Positions 50,232-62,855 are shown, counted from the whole stretch's first letter. The stretch is 63,965 nucleotides of DNA, filler included, from Octopus bimaculoides (GCF_001194135.2; 7 parts of 7 records of this genome joined end to end with filler, not necessarily neighbours in it); one strand, 5' to 3'. Notes: generated by a model not told the origin, from the sequence alone. A program made the numbers and translations.

Positions 50232-50513
50232 GTAATAGTTCAGTCAAATATGATTTTAACTGAAGATATATTAAAAACTTTTTGCTTAGGTTTCTAACTA
50301 AATTCTTATAAGTAGTAGTAGTAATTTTTTTCCCTTTAGGTTTTTTATAAGGTTTATAGTTGTTTGTGTCAAAATCTCAGGTAGCATCTCATGTGAGCCG
50401 TAATATTAACCACTAATTTTTTTTTTTTAAATAGTAAATCTCTAACCTTGTGTAATATGTTCTGAAATAACTTAAAACCGTTGTCTAAGGAATTAAATTT
50501 TGCCTTGAATATG

Positions 50514-50711
50514 TCAAGATGTATCATATGGCAAGCCGAAAATCTTCTCTCCGTCTTGAGATTTTATGTTAACATCAAAAGGATCTTTGATATCTTTCAC
50601 TTGTGCTGCATCCTTCTTAAAAAGAGATATTTTGGTGCACATAATCGTATCAATAATGCTACCATTAATGGTGAAATATATTCCAGTAAATTTCTGAGAT
50701 ATTGAAACAGC
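50514..50711 (-). CDS. Terminal coding exon of unrecognised gene: AVSISQKFTGIYFTINGSIIDTIMCTKISLFKKDAAQVKDIKDPFDVNIKSQDGEKIFGLPYDTS*
   Basis: Acceptor ttttatctgttttgtttgtag|G; 65 stop-free codons in phase 0, then TGA; 198 nt. Confidence 0.7.
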   Translation of the reverse strand, partial: AVSISQKFTGIYFTINGSIIDTIMCTKISLFKKDAAQVKDIKDPFDVNIKSQDGEKIFGLPYDTS

Positions 50712-51491
50712 CTACAAACAAAACAGATAAAAGGATCAGTTATTATCAAAATAGGTCAGTGTCAGTAATCTCTCTGAGATGCTTGAAGAAGATGAGTGAC
50801 ATTCATCCATCTCTTGTTTTATATGACATTAATCAGTTTGATATGTTCAAAAGGAAGTTTGTCAATTCTTTAAAGGGGGTTTGAGTATACGTGACTTGGC
50901 TTTCAACATTATAAACCACAAGAGTGGAACTGATTGATCCACCAAGTATGTTATTAATGATAATGTACCCCTTATCAAGGTGAATGAAAAAAAAAAATTT
51001 TTTTTTAATCAGTCATTGGATGCTTCAATTATGTATGACATCAATGTTGATTGTTTATCGTTTTGCATCAATGGGTTTTATTCAAAGCAAATAAATTCTG
51101 ATATATAAACTGAGTTTAAATGACAATAACTATAACAACAAGTAACCATGATTATCAGCACATACTATGTTTTAATATAGGACACATAACTGTTAAGTAT
51201 GAATACTGGATTTCAATTTATTTTGTTGAAACTTGGTTAATCGATCCAGGAGAAATGAAAGGTGGCATTTATACTAGTGGGATTTATATTTAGAAATACA
51301 AGTATTAAAATAAAACGAAATAAACCTAAAGTATTTGTTTATGAGTGACATTTTCCAATATCTTTTTTATGCTTAACTAATTTCAAAGTCCTTGTTTATA
51401 TTTAAAATGAAAGGTACTAATGAGGTTTCAATTTTATATGAAAAAAATATACTGTGAGATATTCATGTCTTTCTCAAGGGTGTCACCTCAC

Positions 51492-51557
51492 CAAAATCTT
51501 AACTCTGCCTCTTGGTTCTCGCTTCTGCAGAGAGTTATAAAATATGTCCATGGTAAA
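51492..51557 (-). CDS. Internal 66-nt exon: FTMDIFYNSLQKREPRGRVKIL
   Basis: Acceptor tttatttctctaag|T, donor TTG|GTGAGG; phase 0-0, compatible with both neighbours. Confidence 0.7.
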
Positions 51558-52211
51558 CTTAGAGAAATAAATATTATTCATTTAAAGACTATAGGCATGA
51601 ACACAGTATTGAACAAGTTTGTTGATTTTCCATATTCCTTTCTATAGAAAAGTGTAGGCTCGAAATGTAAAAGACTTCCATTTTCTCAAAGTGTCAAACT
51701 AACACACCCTGTTTATGTTATTCTTTCGTCTGTCTCTGTTTTTTGTATATCTTTGGTACATTTTTTAACCATCCATCCATCCATCCATAAGAGAATGTTA
51801 TAATGTGTGTGTGTGTATATATGTATGTACACACACACATACACATATAAGGAAAATATGACAAGGTAGAAAATGCTAAAATAATTTTATCATGAAGTAC
51901 ATTTTAGTACTGGTTTCTGTCTTCTAGACTTTTTCAACTAAGAGTAAAATAAGGAAAACAAATAAATTGGAGAAAAAAAATGAAATTGGTATAAAATGAC
52001 ACACAGGCGACCACCACCCAAAGAGCCTTGGGATGTAGCATAGAGTAGAGCATGAAAGTCAGCAGAGACAATGCCTCAGACAGATAGCAAAGAGATGCAG
52101 ACAGCAACACAGAACTAATGAATTATCGGCCACAACACTACAACTACTAACAGTAACTTTTTGAATACTATTACAATTACATCAAGAACAACAACTTCCA
52201 AACTCTCTCAC

Positions 52212-52352
52212 CGTTTGTTGTTCGTAGTAACAACAGTATTTGTCTTTTGCTTGGGTACGAAAAGAATAAAAGTTTGTTGTTAAGAATCCCATCAGATTTC
52301 GTTGCCTTCTTCTATGTACTACTGTTGACCTCCGACGCGAGAAACAACTCAT
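52212..52352 (-). CDS. First coding exon (exon 52372-52212): MSCFSRRRSTVVHRRRQRNLMGFLTTNFYSFRTQAKDKYCCYYEQQT
   Basis: Acceptor ttgtttttgtggttatataatag-type AG at 52374-52373, ATG in aaagcATGa context at 52352, 47 open codons, donor ACG|GTGAGA in phase 0. Confidence 0.55.
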
Positions 52353-52569
52353 GCTTTAGTACAAGTGGTGACCTATTATATAACCACAAAACAAAACAAA
52401 TTGAACTGAGAATTGAAACTAGATTGTGGACAATGTTTACAGAGAAGACAACAGTAACACTCTCTAAAGTACTCGGTTAGCATATTAAGAGCAAAACTTT
52501 TATTATTTTTATGTTATTTTGCGAAAGTAGTGTGAAAGGGCATATTTATCTGACTGAACTCAAAAAGTA

Positions 52570-52900
52570 TTTGATTTCCTCTTTTCTTTTTGAGTTCAAA
52601 TCTCACCAAGTCGATCTTGTCATTCTTCTTGGGTCGATTTATTGATCGTACTACTCCTACAGCTTATGGCCTTGTGCCAATGTGATAAATCAATACACAT
52701 TCTTTTATATGCTAGAAGAAGCTGAGACAATAGAGCATTGTGCTGCGAGGTACATAAATGTGGATTGGTAGGTATCTCATTATTCTAAGTTCAAACCGTA
52801 CCAAGCTCAACCTACTTCTTCATTTCTTCAGGGGCTCAGTAAATAAGTAACACTAAGATAAGATGATTGTTTCAATTAGTTGGATCTCAACTATCATTAA
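52570..52900 (+). mobile_element. Two degraded Meta-SINE-like fragments
   Basis: gagttcaaatctcaccaagtcga...gggtcgat...ggccttgtgccaa; aagttcaaacc...ggggctcagtaaataagta. Confidence 0.5.
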
Positions 52901-53149
52901 AAAACCCCCCAAAAAACTAACAAACAAACAATAACACTCTCGACAGCCTTATGTCTTATTAATAAATATTTAGTTTTTCCAACTATTTCAGTTCCGACTG
53001 AAATTTAAAAGGTGTTCGATACAGTTAATACCTGTCATGTATGCAGTCAGTTAAATAGACTTTGCTCCTCCCATACTTATCTGTGGTCAAATGCCAACAC
53101 TGAAAATCAATATTATCTACTGCGAAAATAAAAGAAAGTTAGAACTTAT

Positions 53150-53470
53150 CAATGAAAGCGGCTGTTGACGGAAAGTTGCGGTCTTTACCGAATTGTCAAC
53201 CCTCTGTTTCTGCATTCCAAACGTCACTATCGACTGGCTTCTCCGGTCATTAACATAGTTTAATTTTTCGTTTCTAAACTCTGCCTTCTCCGTTATATTC
53301 TCCCATTTGTTGTAGGTGTGGAAAACTGTTAACTTTATTTTCTGTCAGTCTTTATTTATTGCTTGACCGACGTCTCTTTCGCTCGCTCTCTCATAAAAGG
53401 CAGACGAATTATGGAAAATACTAAACTGGAACAAAACAATATGTTAAAAAGTACATAGCGGTAAGTTTGT
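53150..53470. promoter_or_regulatory. CpG-retaining patch, candidate (bidirectional) promoter/5' UTR exon region
   Basis: Dense CpGs ~800 nt upstream of the minus-strand gene; minus-strand donor TCG|GTAAAG at 53189/53188; plus-strand donor GCG|GTAAGT at 53460/53461. Confidence 0.35.
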
Positions 53471-54442
53471 TAATTTTCTTATGTTGTTCCACCCATGTTT
53501 TTCCTCTGAGACATTCGTGGGTTTTTTAGTGATAATATTAACTTCAGTGATCATGCTTAATCTTCGATTTTAGAAACACGAAATACAAGTGTTTGTTTTG
53601 CAAGCACCTGTTTCCAAATAAACAAAAACAGATAGATAGAAAATAAACAAAGACTAAAAAGCAAACGCATATCTTTATTTCCGCCCTTATTCACTTTTCT
53701 AACTTCAGCTTCCAACACTTTCATTCTCGCCTTCTCACTCTTTCTTGTTATTTTATCTCCCTCATTTTTTTTCACAAATCCCGATCTCCCGTTAGTTTTC
53801 TCTTAGATTCTCGTTCCTTCTACCGTCTATCTATCCATCTATCTATCTGTCTATCAATCACTCTTCGCAATCAATTCATCTCTATTTTCGATTCTTCTAC
53901 TATCTCTCTTTCTCGCCTGTCTTGCCCACACTTGCTTTTTCCATTTGTCCTGTTACCTAACCCACCTGTTTGACTTACCTCTTCTCTCTCATATAGTTTG
54001 TCTAACCCAGTGGTTCTCACACTGACAAATACCGGGACCCGTCCCGAAAGTATTGAAGGTTTTTGCACCTTTTTCTTGTTAAAGATCAAAATGTGTGGGG
54101 TTGCATTGATATAAATTTTCTTTTGCCATAGTGTTTACAAGTTTAAAAAGTTTAAGACCATATTGTTTCCAGGGTATCTTTCAGAGAAAACCTATCAAAA
54201 CTGAAAATATTTGTTCGGCAATTTGTCTGGAGCCTTTCACTTCTCACTCCCATTAATCTAACCCGGACTTCTATCTCTATTTCTCCTATCATCTTTCTCA
54301 CCTGTCACTTTCATTCTTTTCTATGAATTAATCCATCTGTAAAGTTCTTGTAAGATTATTCGAATGTTACGAACTCTTATACGTTGTGTAATTTCATGGT
54401 ATGATTTATTACAAGTATTTTTCTTTTTGCTTTCCCATCCAT

Positions 54443-54513
<71 letters not shown>

Positions 54514-54516
54514 ATA

Positions 54517-54824
54517 GGCGTGGCTGTGTGGTAAGAAACTTGCTTCCCAACTGCATGGTTCCGGGCTCAAGTCCCACTGTGTGACACCTTGGGCAAGTGT
54601 CTTCTAGTGTAGCCTCGGGCCGACCNNNNNNNNNNTATATATATATATATATCACACACAAGTAAGCACATAAATGCAAAACAAGTTGGAAATAGTACTC
54701 GAATACCAAAGGTAGAGTAATGTGCTTTTATTAAAGCTGCAAAATTTTCACAAAACTATTGAACGGGAACGTGAAACTGTAATACTTTTGTGAAAGTTTT
54801 GCTGCTTTAGTAAAAGAGTGTGTG

Positions 54825-54859
<35 letters not shown>

Positions 54860-54860
54860 A

Positions 54861-54896
<36 letters not shown>

Positions 54897-55090
54897 GCTC
54901 CACCACCACTTGACAACCGGTGTTGGTGTGCTTACGACCCTTGTAACTTAGCGGTTCGGCAAAAGGGACCAATAGAATAAGTACTAGGCTTAAAAAAAGT
55001 CCTGGAGTCGTCTTGTTTGACTAAAACACTTCAAGGTGGTGCTCCAGCATGCCTGCAGTCAAAATTACTGAAACAAATAAATGAATAAAA
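54517..55090 (+). mobile_element. Composite SINE (head 54517-54625, 3' module 54895-55090) interrupted by a gap, a Penelope-like hairpin element and microsatellites
   Basis: A-box-like GGCGTGGCTGTGTGG at 54517; 3' module ccaccacttgacaaccgg...ggtgctccagcatg. Confidence 0.8.
54725..54816 (+). repeat. 31-bp inverted repeat (28/31) enclosing a decayed hammerhead-like core
   Basis: cttttattaaagctgcaaaattttcacaaaa / ttttgtgaaagttttgctgctttagtaaaag; loop CTATTGA-ACG-GGAA-CGT-GAAAC-T-GTA. Confidence 0.7.
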
Positions 55091-55317
55091 GAATATATAT
55101 AGAAATATAATATTTCTAAATCTTTCAGAGAGATTTAAGCAGTAGTGGAGCGATAAAGTTGTAGTATATTGTCAACTTAATGTGACAATCCCAATAAGGG
55201 AACACACTACTGCCGCTTAGCCCTATATATATGATGATGATATGTATAATATCTAACTATCTACCTATCTTCACTTGTTTGACATATGCTGATGATATGT
55301 ATATACATATGATGATA

Positions 55318-55348
<31 letters not shown>

Positions 55349-55356
55349 GATATATA

Positions 55357-55418
<62 letters not shown>

Positions 55419-55933
55419 CATATATAACAGTTGCAGCGTGGAAGGTGTTTATANNNNNNNNNNNNNNNNNNNNNNNNNNNNNNNNNNNNNNNNNNNNNNN
55501 NNNNNNNNNNNNNNNNNNNNNNNNNNNNNNNNNNNNNNNNNNNNNNNNNNNNNNNNNNNNNNNNNNNNNNNNNNNNNNNNNNNNNNNNNNNNNNNNNNNN
55601 NNNNNNNNNNNNNNNNNNNNNNNNNNNNNNNNNNNNNNNNNNNNNNNNNNNNNNNNNNNNNNNNNNNNNNNNNNNNNNNNNNNNNNNNNNNNNNNNNNNN
55701 NNNNNNNNNNNNNNNNNNNNNNNNNNNNNNNNNNNNNNNNNNNNNNNNNNNNNNNNNNNNNNNNNNNNNNNNNNNNNNNNNNNNNNNNNNNNNNNNNNNN
55801 NNNNNNNNNNNNNNNNNNNNNNNNNNNNNNNNNNNNNNNNNNNNNNNNNNNNNNNNNNNNNNNNNNNNNNNNNNNNNNNNNNNNNNNNNNNNNNNNNNNN
55901 NNNNNNNNNNNNNNNNNNNNNNNNNNNNNNNNN

Positions 55934-55982
<49 letters not shown>

Positions 55983-56042
55983 CATACATACATATGTAGT
56001 ATATATATATATATATATACATACATACATATGTAATATATA

Positions 56043-57178
56043 TATATACTACATATGTGGAAAATCGGTGTGTTTGTTTGTGGCGTTGTTAGCTATCTCC
56101 TCCTACATCGTTTTATTGATTTTGATGAAACTTGACATGTGAGTAGTCCTGTCTGGAAACCTCGTGACATACTTAGATTGTTGAAAAACTCGATAATACG
56201 GCCCCTGGAAGGGACCTTTATATCTACCTCATACAACTAATTTTTTTTTAAACACCCAGGGGAAATAACCCACAGTACCGGGACAATATTTTCTTAAACA
56301 CTCAAGGGAAATAACCCATTTCATTGTTTATGTTCGATTACTTTGAATATTGATTTTTTGTGTGTCCTATTTCTAATTTTTGCAGACAATATCATTTTTA
56401 TACTTTATTTGACACGTGAGTAGAACTCATGTCTGGAAACCTTGACAGAAATCGATAATAGGGCCCTTCCAATGGATCTTTCTATCTACTACATATTACT
56501 AATATTTTATTTAAACAACCCAAGGGAAATAACCCATACCACCTGCAGATTTTAGCAAAGCAATCGATATTTAATTCTCACGATCAGCCGACCTAATTCT
56601 GCATTTCACTACTTATAGTTTTGAACTGCTAAACATTATTATTGCACTTCCTTAATTTGAATCTTAAACATTAAAAACTTCATATATTTCTATACATACA
56701 TATGTTTTTGAATTTCCATTAGTCCAATAATTCTGCATTTTTACAGTTACACTTTTTCCATGACAGTAGATAGATTTTTTATTCCACAATGTATTTATAG
56801 TGGCTTCATGCAGGCATAGTGTGGATTCGATCCTTGATTGCCAAATTTCACTTAACACTTCATCAGCACTTTTCTCACAGTAAAACAATAGTTTTTCTGT
56901 GAATGATAGCAGTTATACATTTCCCAGATGCCTTTGCTAAGCAGAATAATGTCTTTGCCTCTCGCCAAACTCCGACAACCTCTTTCACCAACATCCGACA
57001 ATCTTTCTAGCCAACCTCTGAAAACCTCTCCCTCCTCCAGCTGACAGTTTCTCGTACTTTTTCGTGACGGAAAATACAGCTTTTGTGGCAGTTATAATGA
57101 AATTGCTTTCTTATATCAGGGTAATAAGGCGTTTCAGTAGACATCTTTACCCCTGGAATTACCAGGTACACTAGCTAG
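56043..57178 (+). mobile_element. Apparently complete non-autonomous Helitron inserted in (TA)n
   Basis: 5' tatactacatatgtggaaaatcggtgtgtttgtttg...gattttgatgaaacttgacatg (typical non-autonomous Helitron/HINE 5' motifs); 3' hairpin CCTGG-AATTA-CCAGG (57152-57166) then CTAG|T at 57175-57179. Confidence 0.65.
56700..57050 (-). pseudogene. Probable hAT (Charlie/SPIN/ZBED5-like) transposase fragment inside the Helitron
   Basis: Across frameshifts: AIIHRKTIV / EKSADEVLSEIW / ctgtcatggaaaaagtg, resembling HCIIHRE.L...LNEVLSEVV...WLSRGKVL. Confidence 0.35.
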
Positions 57179-57307
57179 TATATATATATATATATATATA
57201 TATATATNNNNNNNNNNNNNNNNNNNNNNNNNNNNNNNNNNNNNNNNNNNNTTAATTAATTAANNNNNNNNNNNNNNNNNNNNNNNNNNNNNNNNNNNNN
57301 NNNNNNN

Positions 57308-57375
<68 letters not shown>

Positions 57376-58045
57376 GGATATATATGTGTGTGTATATATA
57401 TATGTGTGTGTGTGTGTATTATGTATGTATTAATATATATGTATGCATAAAGATATATACGTATAGGAACAAGTACCTGTGTATCTGTGTATCTTCATAT
57501 ATAAGTATATATTATATAAATACACACAGGTATATTGAAGTGTATCTATCACCACACATGCATGTACATTAGTGTGTGTATGTCACTGTGTGTATATGTC
57601 TGTGTGTCATTCTTCCTTTGTGTGTATGTTTGTGTGTGCGTTTGTACTTTCGTACATATATATATATGTCTTTCTTATAAGAATAGTTAAAGGCGTCTCT
57701 ACCCGTTATTTAAATGTTTAACAAGCCAGACAGTCATTAGAGGTCATTTAAATAATGTATCAGACTCTGTCTTTACGCTCATTTTTTTCTCTTACCGTTA
57801 TTGTTTAATTAGAACACTGACCTGATCCAACCGTGACCATCCTACTGTGACCAGACTACATATTTAGAAGACATTGAGAAACATATTTCTAAATTTTCAG
57901 TATGTTGGTGAAACAAATTTTGCTGATACCTATATTATGTTTATAATTATAAATGTTTTACCGATAAAAGTTTTTTTGCATACTGAACTACTTGGCGAAA
58001 TTGTTAATTATTAATTTATTAATTAATTGATAATTCCCTGCCCCA

Positions 58046-58103
<58 letters not shown>

Positions 58104-58605
58104 NNNNNNNNNNNNNNNNNNNNNNNNNNNNNNNNNNNNNNNNNNNNNNNNNNNNNNNNNNNNNNNNNNNNNNNNNNNNNNNNNNNNNNNNNNNNNNNNN
58201 NNNNNNNNNNNNNNNNNNNNNNNNNNNNNNNNNNNNNNNNNNNNNNNNNNNNNNNNNNNNNNNNNNNNNNNNNNNNNNNNNNNNNNNNNNNNNNNNNNNN
58301 NNNNNNNNNNNNNNNNNNNNNNNNNNNNNNNNNNNNNNNNNNNNNNNNNNNNNNNNNNNNNNNNNNNNNNNNNNNNNNNNNNNNNNNNNNNNNNNNNNNN
58401 NNNNNNNNNNNNNNNNNNNNNNNNNNNNNNNNNNNNNNNNNNNNNNNNNNNNNNNNNNNNNNNNNNNNNNNNNNNNNNNNNNNNNNNNNNNNNNNNNNNN
58501 NNNNNNNNNNNNNNNNNNNNNNNNNNNNNNNNNNNNNNNNNNNNNNNNNNNNNNNNNNNNNNNNNNNNNNNNNNNNNNNNNNNNNNNNNNNNNNNNNNNN
58601 NNNNN

Positions 58606-58650
<45 letters not shown>

Positions 58651-58733
58651 TAGATAGATATAATATATTAGGGGGAAAAAATCAATGACGTCGTAGTTTA
58701 GGTGATAGTCCTTTGTGATATTCAGCCATATAT

Positions 58734-58768
<35 letters not shown>

Positions 58769-59414
58769 GAATTTATTTATATGCGCCATTGTGTGTGTTT
58801 GTGTCTATATTTGCGTGCACGCAGTAAACCGAACAATGTAATGATTCTATAAAAGCTATAAAGAAATTGTTTTCAGAAATCTGTGGGGACATTGTGTGCT
58901 ACTAATAATATCCATCAACCATTTAGTAATCGCCGACGAAAACGTATTCGATAGCCATGTCTTTCTATAAAAGACATCAAAGAATCAAACATCCTTGCAG
59001 TTAATTATTCGCAATACAGGTAATACAATTCCATTGTTATTTCCAAAATATATGACCTCCGCTCCCAACCTCTCACTGTTGCTTCAAAAACTATCTATCA
59101 CCGAGTAATTACCGGCTCTTACAGTTGTGTTTTCTCAGGTTTTGTTTCTTTTCTAGAATACTGTACGACCTTGATAGATCTATGAATATACGAATAATTG
59201 ACAACGTCATATTTTTATTTTTTGACGGTCCACCAGCACCACCACCACCACCACGACCACCACGACCACCACCACCTCTCATTGATATGAAGAGAAACAA
59301 ACATATATTTGTACTATTCGTTGTCCTGTATTTTTATAGTATATATTATCAATTACTTTACTAATCTAATTTGTGGTTCACGTTATTCACCAAGCAATCA
59401 AGATATATACACCT

Positions 59415-59435
59415 ATTTATCTGTCTATGTGTCTG

Positions 59436-59524
<89 letters not shown>

Positions 59525-59548
59525 CTATCTATATATATATATATATAT
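59415..59548. repeat. (TCTA)n-(TA)n microsatellite flanking a gap
   Basis: Direct inspection. Confidence 0.95.
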
Positions 59549-60964
59549 NNNNNNNNNNNNNNNNNNNNNNNNNNNNNNNNNNNNNNNNNNNNNNNNNNNN
59601 NNNNNNNNNNNNNNNNNNNNNNNNNNNNNNNNNNNNNNNNNNNNNNNNNNNNNNNNNNNNNNNNNNNNNNNNNNNNNNNNNNNNNNNNNNNNNNNNNNNN
59701 NNNNNNNNNNNNNNNNNNNNNNNNNNNNNNNNNNNNNNNNNNNNNNNNNNNNNNNNNNNNNNNNNNNNNNNNNNNNNNNNNNNNNNNNNNNNNNNNNNNN
59801 NNNNNNNNNNNNNNNNNNNNNNNNNNNNNNNNNNNNNNNNNNNNNNNNNNNNNNNNNNNNNNNNNNNNNNNNNNNNNNNNNNNNNNNNNNNNNNNNNNNN
59901 NNNNNNNNNNNNNNNNNNNNNNNNNNNNNNNNNNNNNNNNNNNNNNNNNNNNNNNNNNNNNNNNNNNNNNNNNNNNNNNNNNNNNNNNNNNNNNNNNNNN
60001 NNNNNNNNNNNNNNNNNNNNNNNNNNNNNNNNNNNNNNNNNNNNNNNNNNNNNNNNNNNNNNNNNNNNNNNNNNNNNNNNNNNNNNNNNNNNNNNNNNNN
60101 NNNNNNNNNNNNNNNNNNNNNNNNNNNNNNNNNNNNNNNNNNNNNNNNNNNNNNNNNNNNNNNNNNNNNNNNNNNNNNNNNNNNNNNNNNNNNNNNNNNN
60201 NNNNNNNNNNNNNNNNNNNNNNNNNNNNNNNNNNNNNNNNNNNNNNNNNNNNNNNNNNNNNNNNNNNNNNNNNNNNNNNNNNNNNNNNNNNNNNNNNNNN
60301 NNNNNNNNNNNNNNNNNNNNNNNNNNNNNNNNNNNNNNNNNNNNNNNNNNNNNNNNNNNNNNNNNNNNNNNNNNNNNNNNNNNNNNNNNNNNNNNNNNNN
60401 NNNNNNNNNNNNNNNNNNNNNNNNNNNNNNNNNNNNNNNNNNNNNNNNNNNNNNNNNNNNNNNNNNNNNNNNNNNNNNNNNNNNNNNNNNNNNNNNNNAT
60501 ATATTTATACACACACATATACACGTACATACGTACATACATACATACTTACTTGAAGTAGCGTCGAATATTTTCATATCTTTATTTCTATTCGTATTTC
60601 ATATTTGTATAAAAATTTGGTAAAATTCATGTATTGAATTTTGTAAATCTCTGAAGAGGAGTAGCGAATCATGCATGTAACCCCCTTACATCATTTTTAT
60701 CTACTAATTTCTCCAGCGTACAAGAGCTATAGAGATAGAATGGAGCATGCCAACGCTAGGCCGAAACAGCTGTAAGATTTTGTCCCTTCTCCAATTGCTA
60801 AATGTCCTTTAAATTTGAAATCTTAATTGTTCATATGACATGGTATGTCATAAGTGTCTGTATAATGTGTTTTTTGTCAATTTAGTTATAAAATAAACAG
60901 ATTAATCAACGGAATACAGTGTCTGCAAGTTGATGAGTACCTCATATTCCTCTTNNNNNNNNNN

Positions 60965-61008
<44 letters not shown>

Positions 61009-61401
61009 TTGCGTGCATGTTTATATATATATATATGTGTGTGTATATATATATATTCTTTCTAGCATGTTCCTATAACTTTTAATGGAAAAGAAAAAAA
61101 TGTGGTTATACTAGAAATACTTTGAAAAGCACATTATATTATCAAATAAATAAATAAATATGTAAAGAATCTTTCTTGTCATGCGTATGACTGACGAAAA
61201 AAGACGGGAATAGATCCGATAAACACGCACATATATATTTTACACATGCATATATATAGGTATGTACATATATGCATATGTATGTCTATATAATCTATAT
61301 ACACATACATATACATATACATGTATATGTCTATATTTATATACACATACATATACATATGCATATATATATGTATATATATATACATACATATCTCTCT
61401 C

Positions 61402-61466
<65 letters not shown>

Positions 61467-61707
61467 ATATATATATGCATATATATATATATATGTATAT
61501 ATATATAGACATGCGTTCTTGTGTTTAAAAAAACATTTTTTTGCAGTGAACGGTTATCGTTTAGAGAAACTGAAGAGATGTCTAGTTCACGCTAGATATG
61601 AAACCAATGTTTCTTTTTTCTCAACTATTACGTTACATATACATATATACATACATACATACATACATACATTTTTTTTCTCCGTGGTTTTCTCCTTGTC
61701 TCAATAT

Positions 61708-61838
61708 TCTTTCTGTTAAAGAGCGTAGCTCGAAACGTCAAAGACTTTCCGTTTTCCTGAGCGTCATACTAATACATCCTTTTGTTATTTACACCACCTG
61801 TCCTCGTCTGTTGTTGTTTCTTCGTACATTCTCCCATA
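61708..61838 (+). mobile_element. Penelope-like terminal repeat with degenerate minimal hammerhead-like motif (61708-61744)
   Basis: TCTTT-CTGTTAAA-GAGC-GTA-GCTC-GAAAC-GTC-AAAGA; siblings at 29091-29189 and, degraded, at ~51635-51750. Confidence 0.65.
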
Positions 61839-62451
61839 TATATATATATATATATACATACATACAAAGTGAGAAACAGTATATCTGTTTTATTTATACA
61901 TGCTTGTATGAGACGATTTTTTTGTGTTTTTTTTTTTTGTTTACACGACCGCGTGTCTACGAATGTCTGAATGTCTGAATATCGTGTATAACTGAAGTTC
62001 TAATGATGGCTGAGTGTATAATAAGCATGTCTACTGTATTGTATATTATATATATATACCTGCGTGTGTACGTGTGTACGTGTGCGTGTGTGCGTGTTTG
62101 TGTACGTGTGCCTGTGTGCGTGTGTGTGTACGTGTGCGTAAGTATGTATGTATGTATATATATATATATATGTATATAAGCGTGCAGACATGTGTATATA
62201 GGTACTTATATTCTGCGTGTGTGAGTATTTGTACACACACACACGCGTATATGATGAATGATAGCTCGTACGGCTACAAAGGGAACTATTTAAAGAGACC
62301 CAAATATAATAGAAGATATCGTTGATTGACCTCAATCATTGAATCGATATATTGATTCCCGTATATGACATGATACGACTGTGCCTATATCATCTGCCTG
62401 TGTTATATACATTTGTCTGTCCTATCACTCTCTCTCTTACTTTCAATAAAT

Positions 62452-62526
<75 letters not shown>

Positions 62527-62639
62527 CCGCTTATCNNNNNNNNNNNNNNNNNNNNNNNNNNNNNNNNNNNNNNNNNNNNTTAATTAATTAANNNNNNNNN
62601 NNNNNNNNNNNNNNNNNNNNNNNNNNNNNNNNNNNGAGG

Positions 62640-62723
<84 letters not shown>

Positions 62724-62855
62724 TAAGCAGACAGACAGACAGACAAACAGACATACAAACAGACAGACAGGCAGTCATGTAGTTAGGTAGGTAGATAGAG
62801 AGATGGATGGATGGATGGATGGATGGATGGATGGATGGATGGATGGATGGATGTG
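62640..62855. repeat. (AGAT)n-(AGAC)n-(GGAT)n compound tetranucleotide array
   Basis: Direct inspection. Confidence 0.95.

Noticed and set aside
59125-59364. Proline-rich/Gly-rich ORFs
   Set aside because: Produced by a (CCA)n microsatellite.
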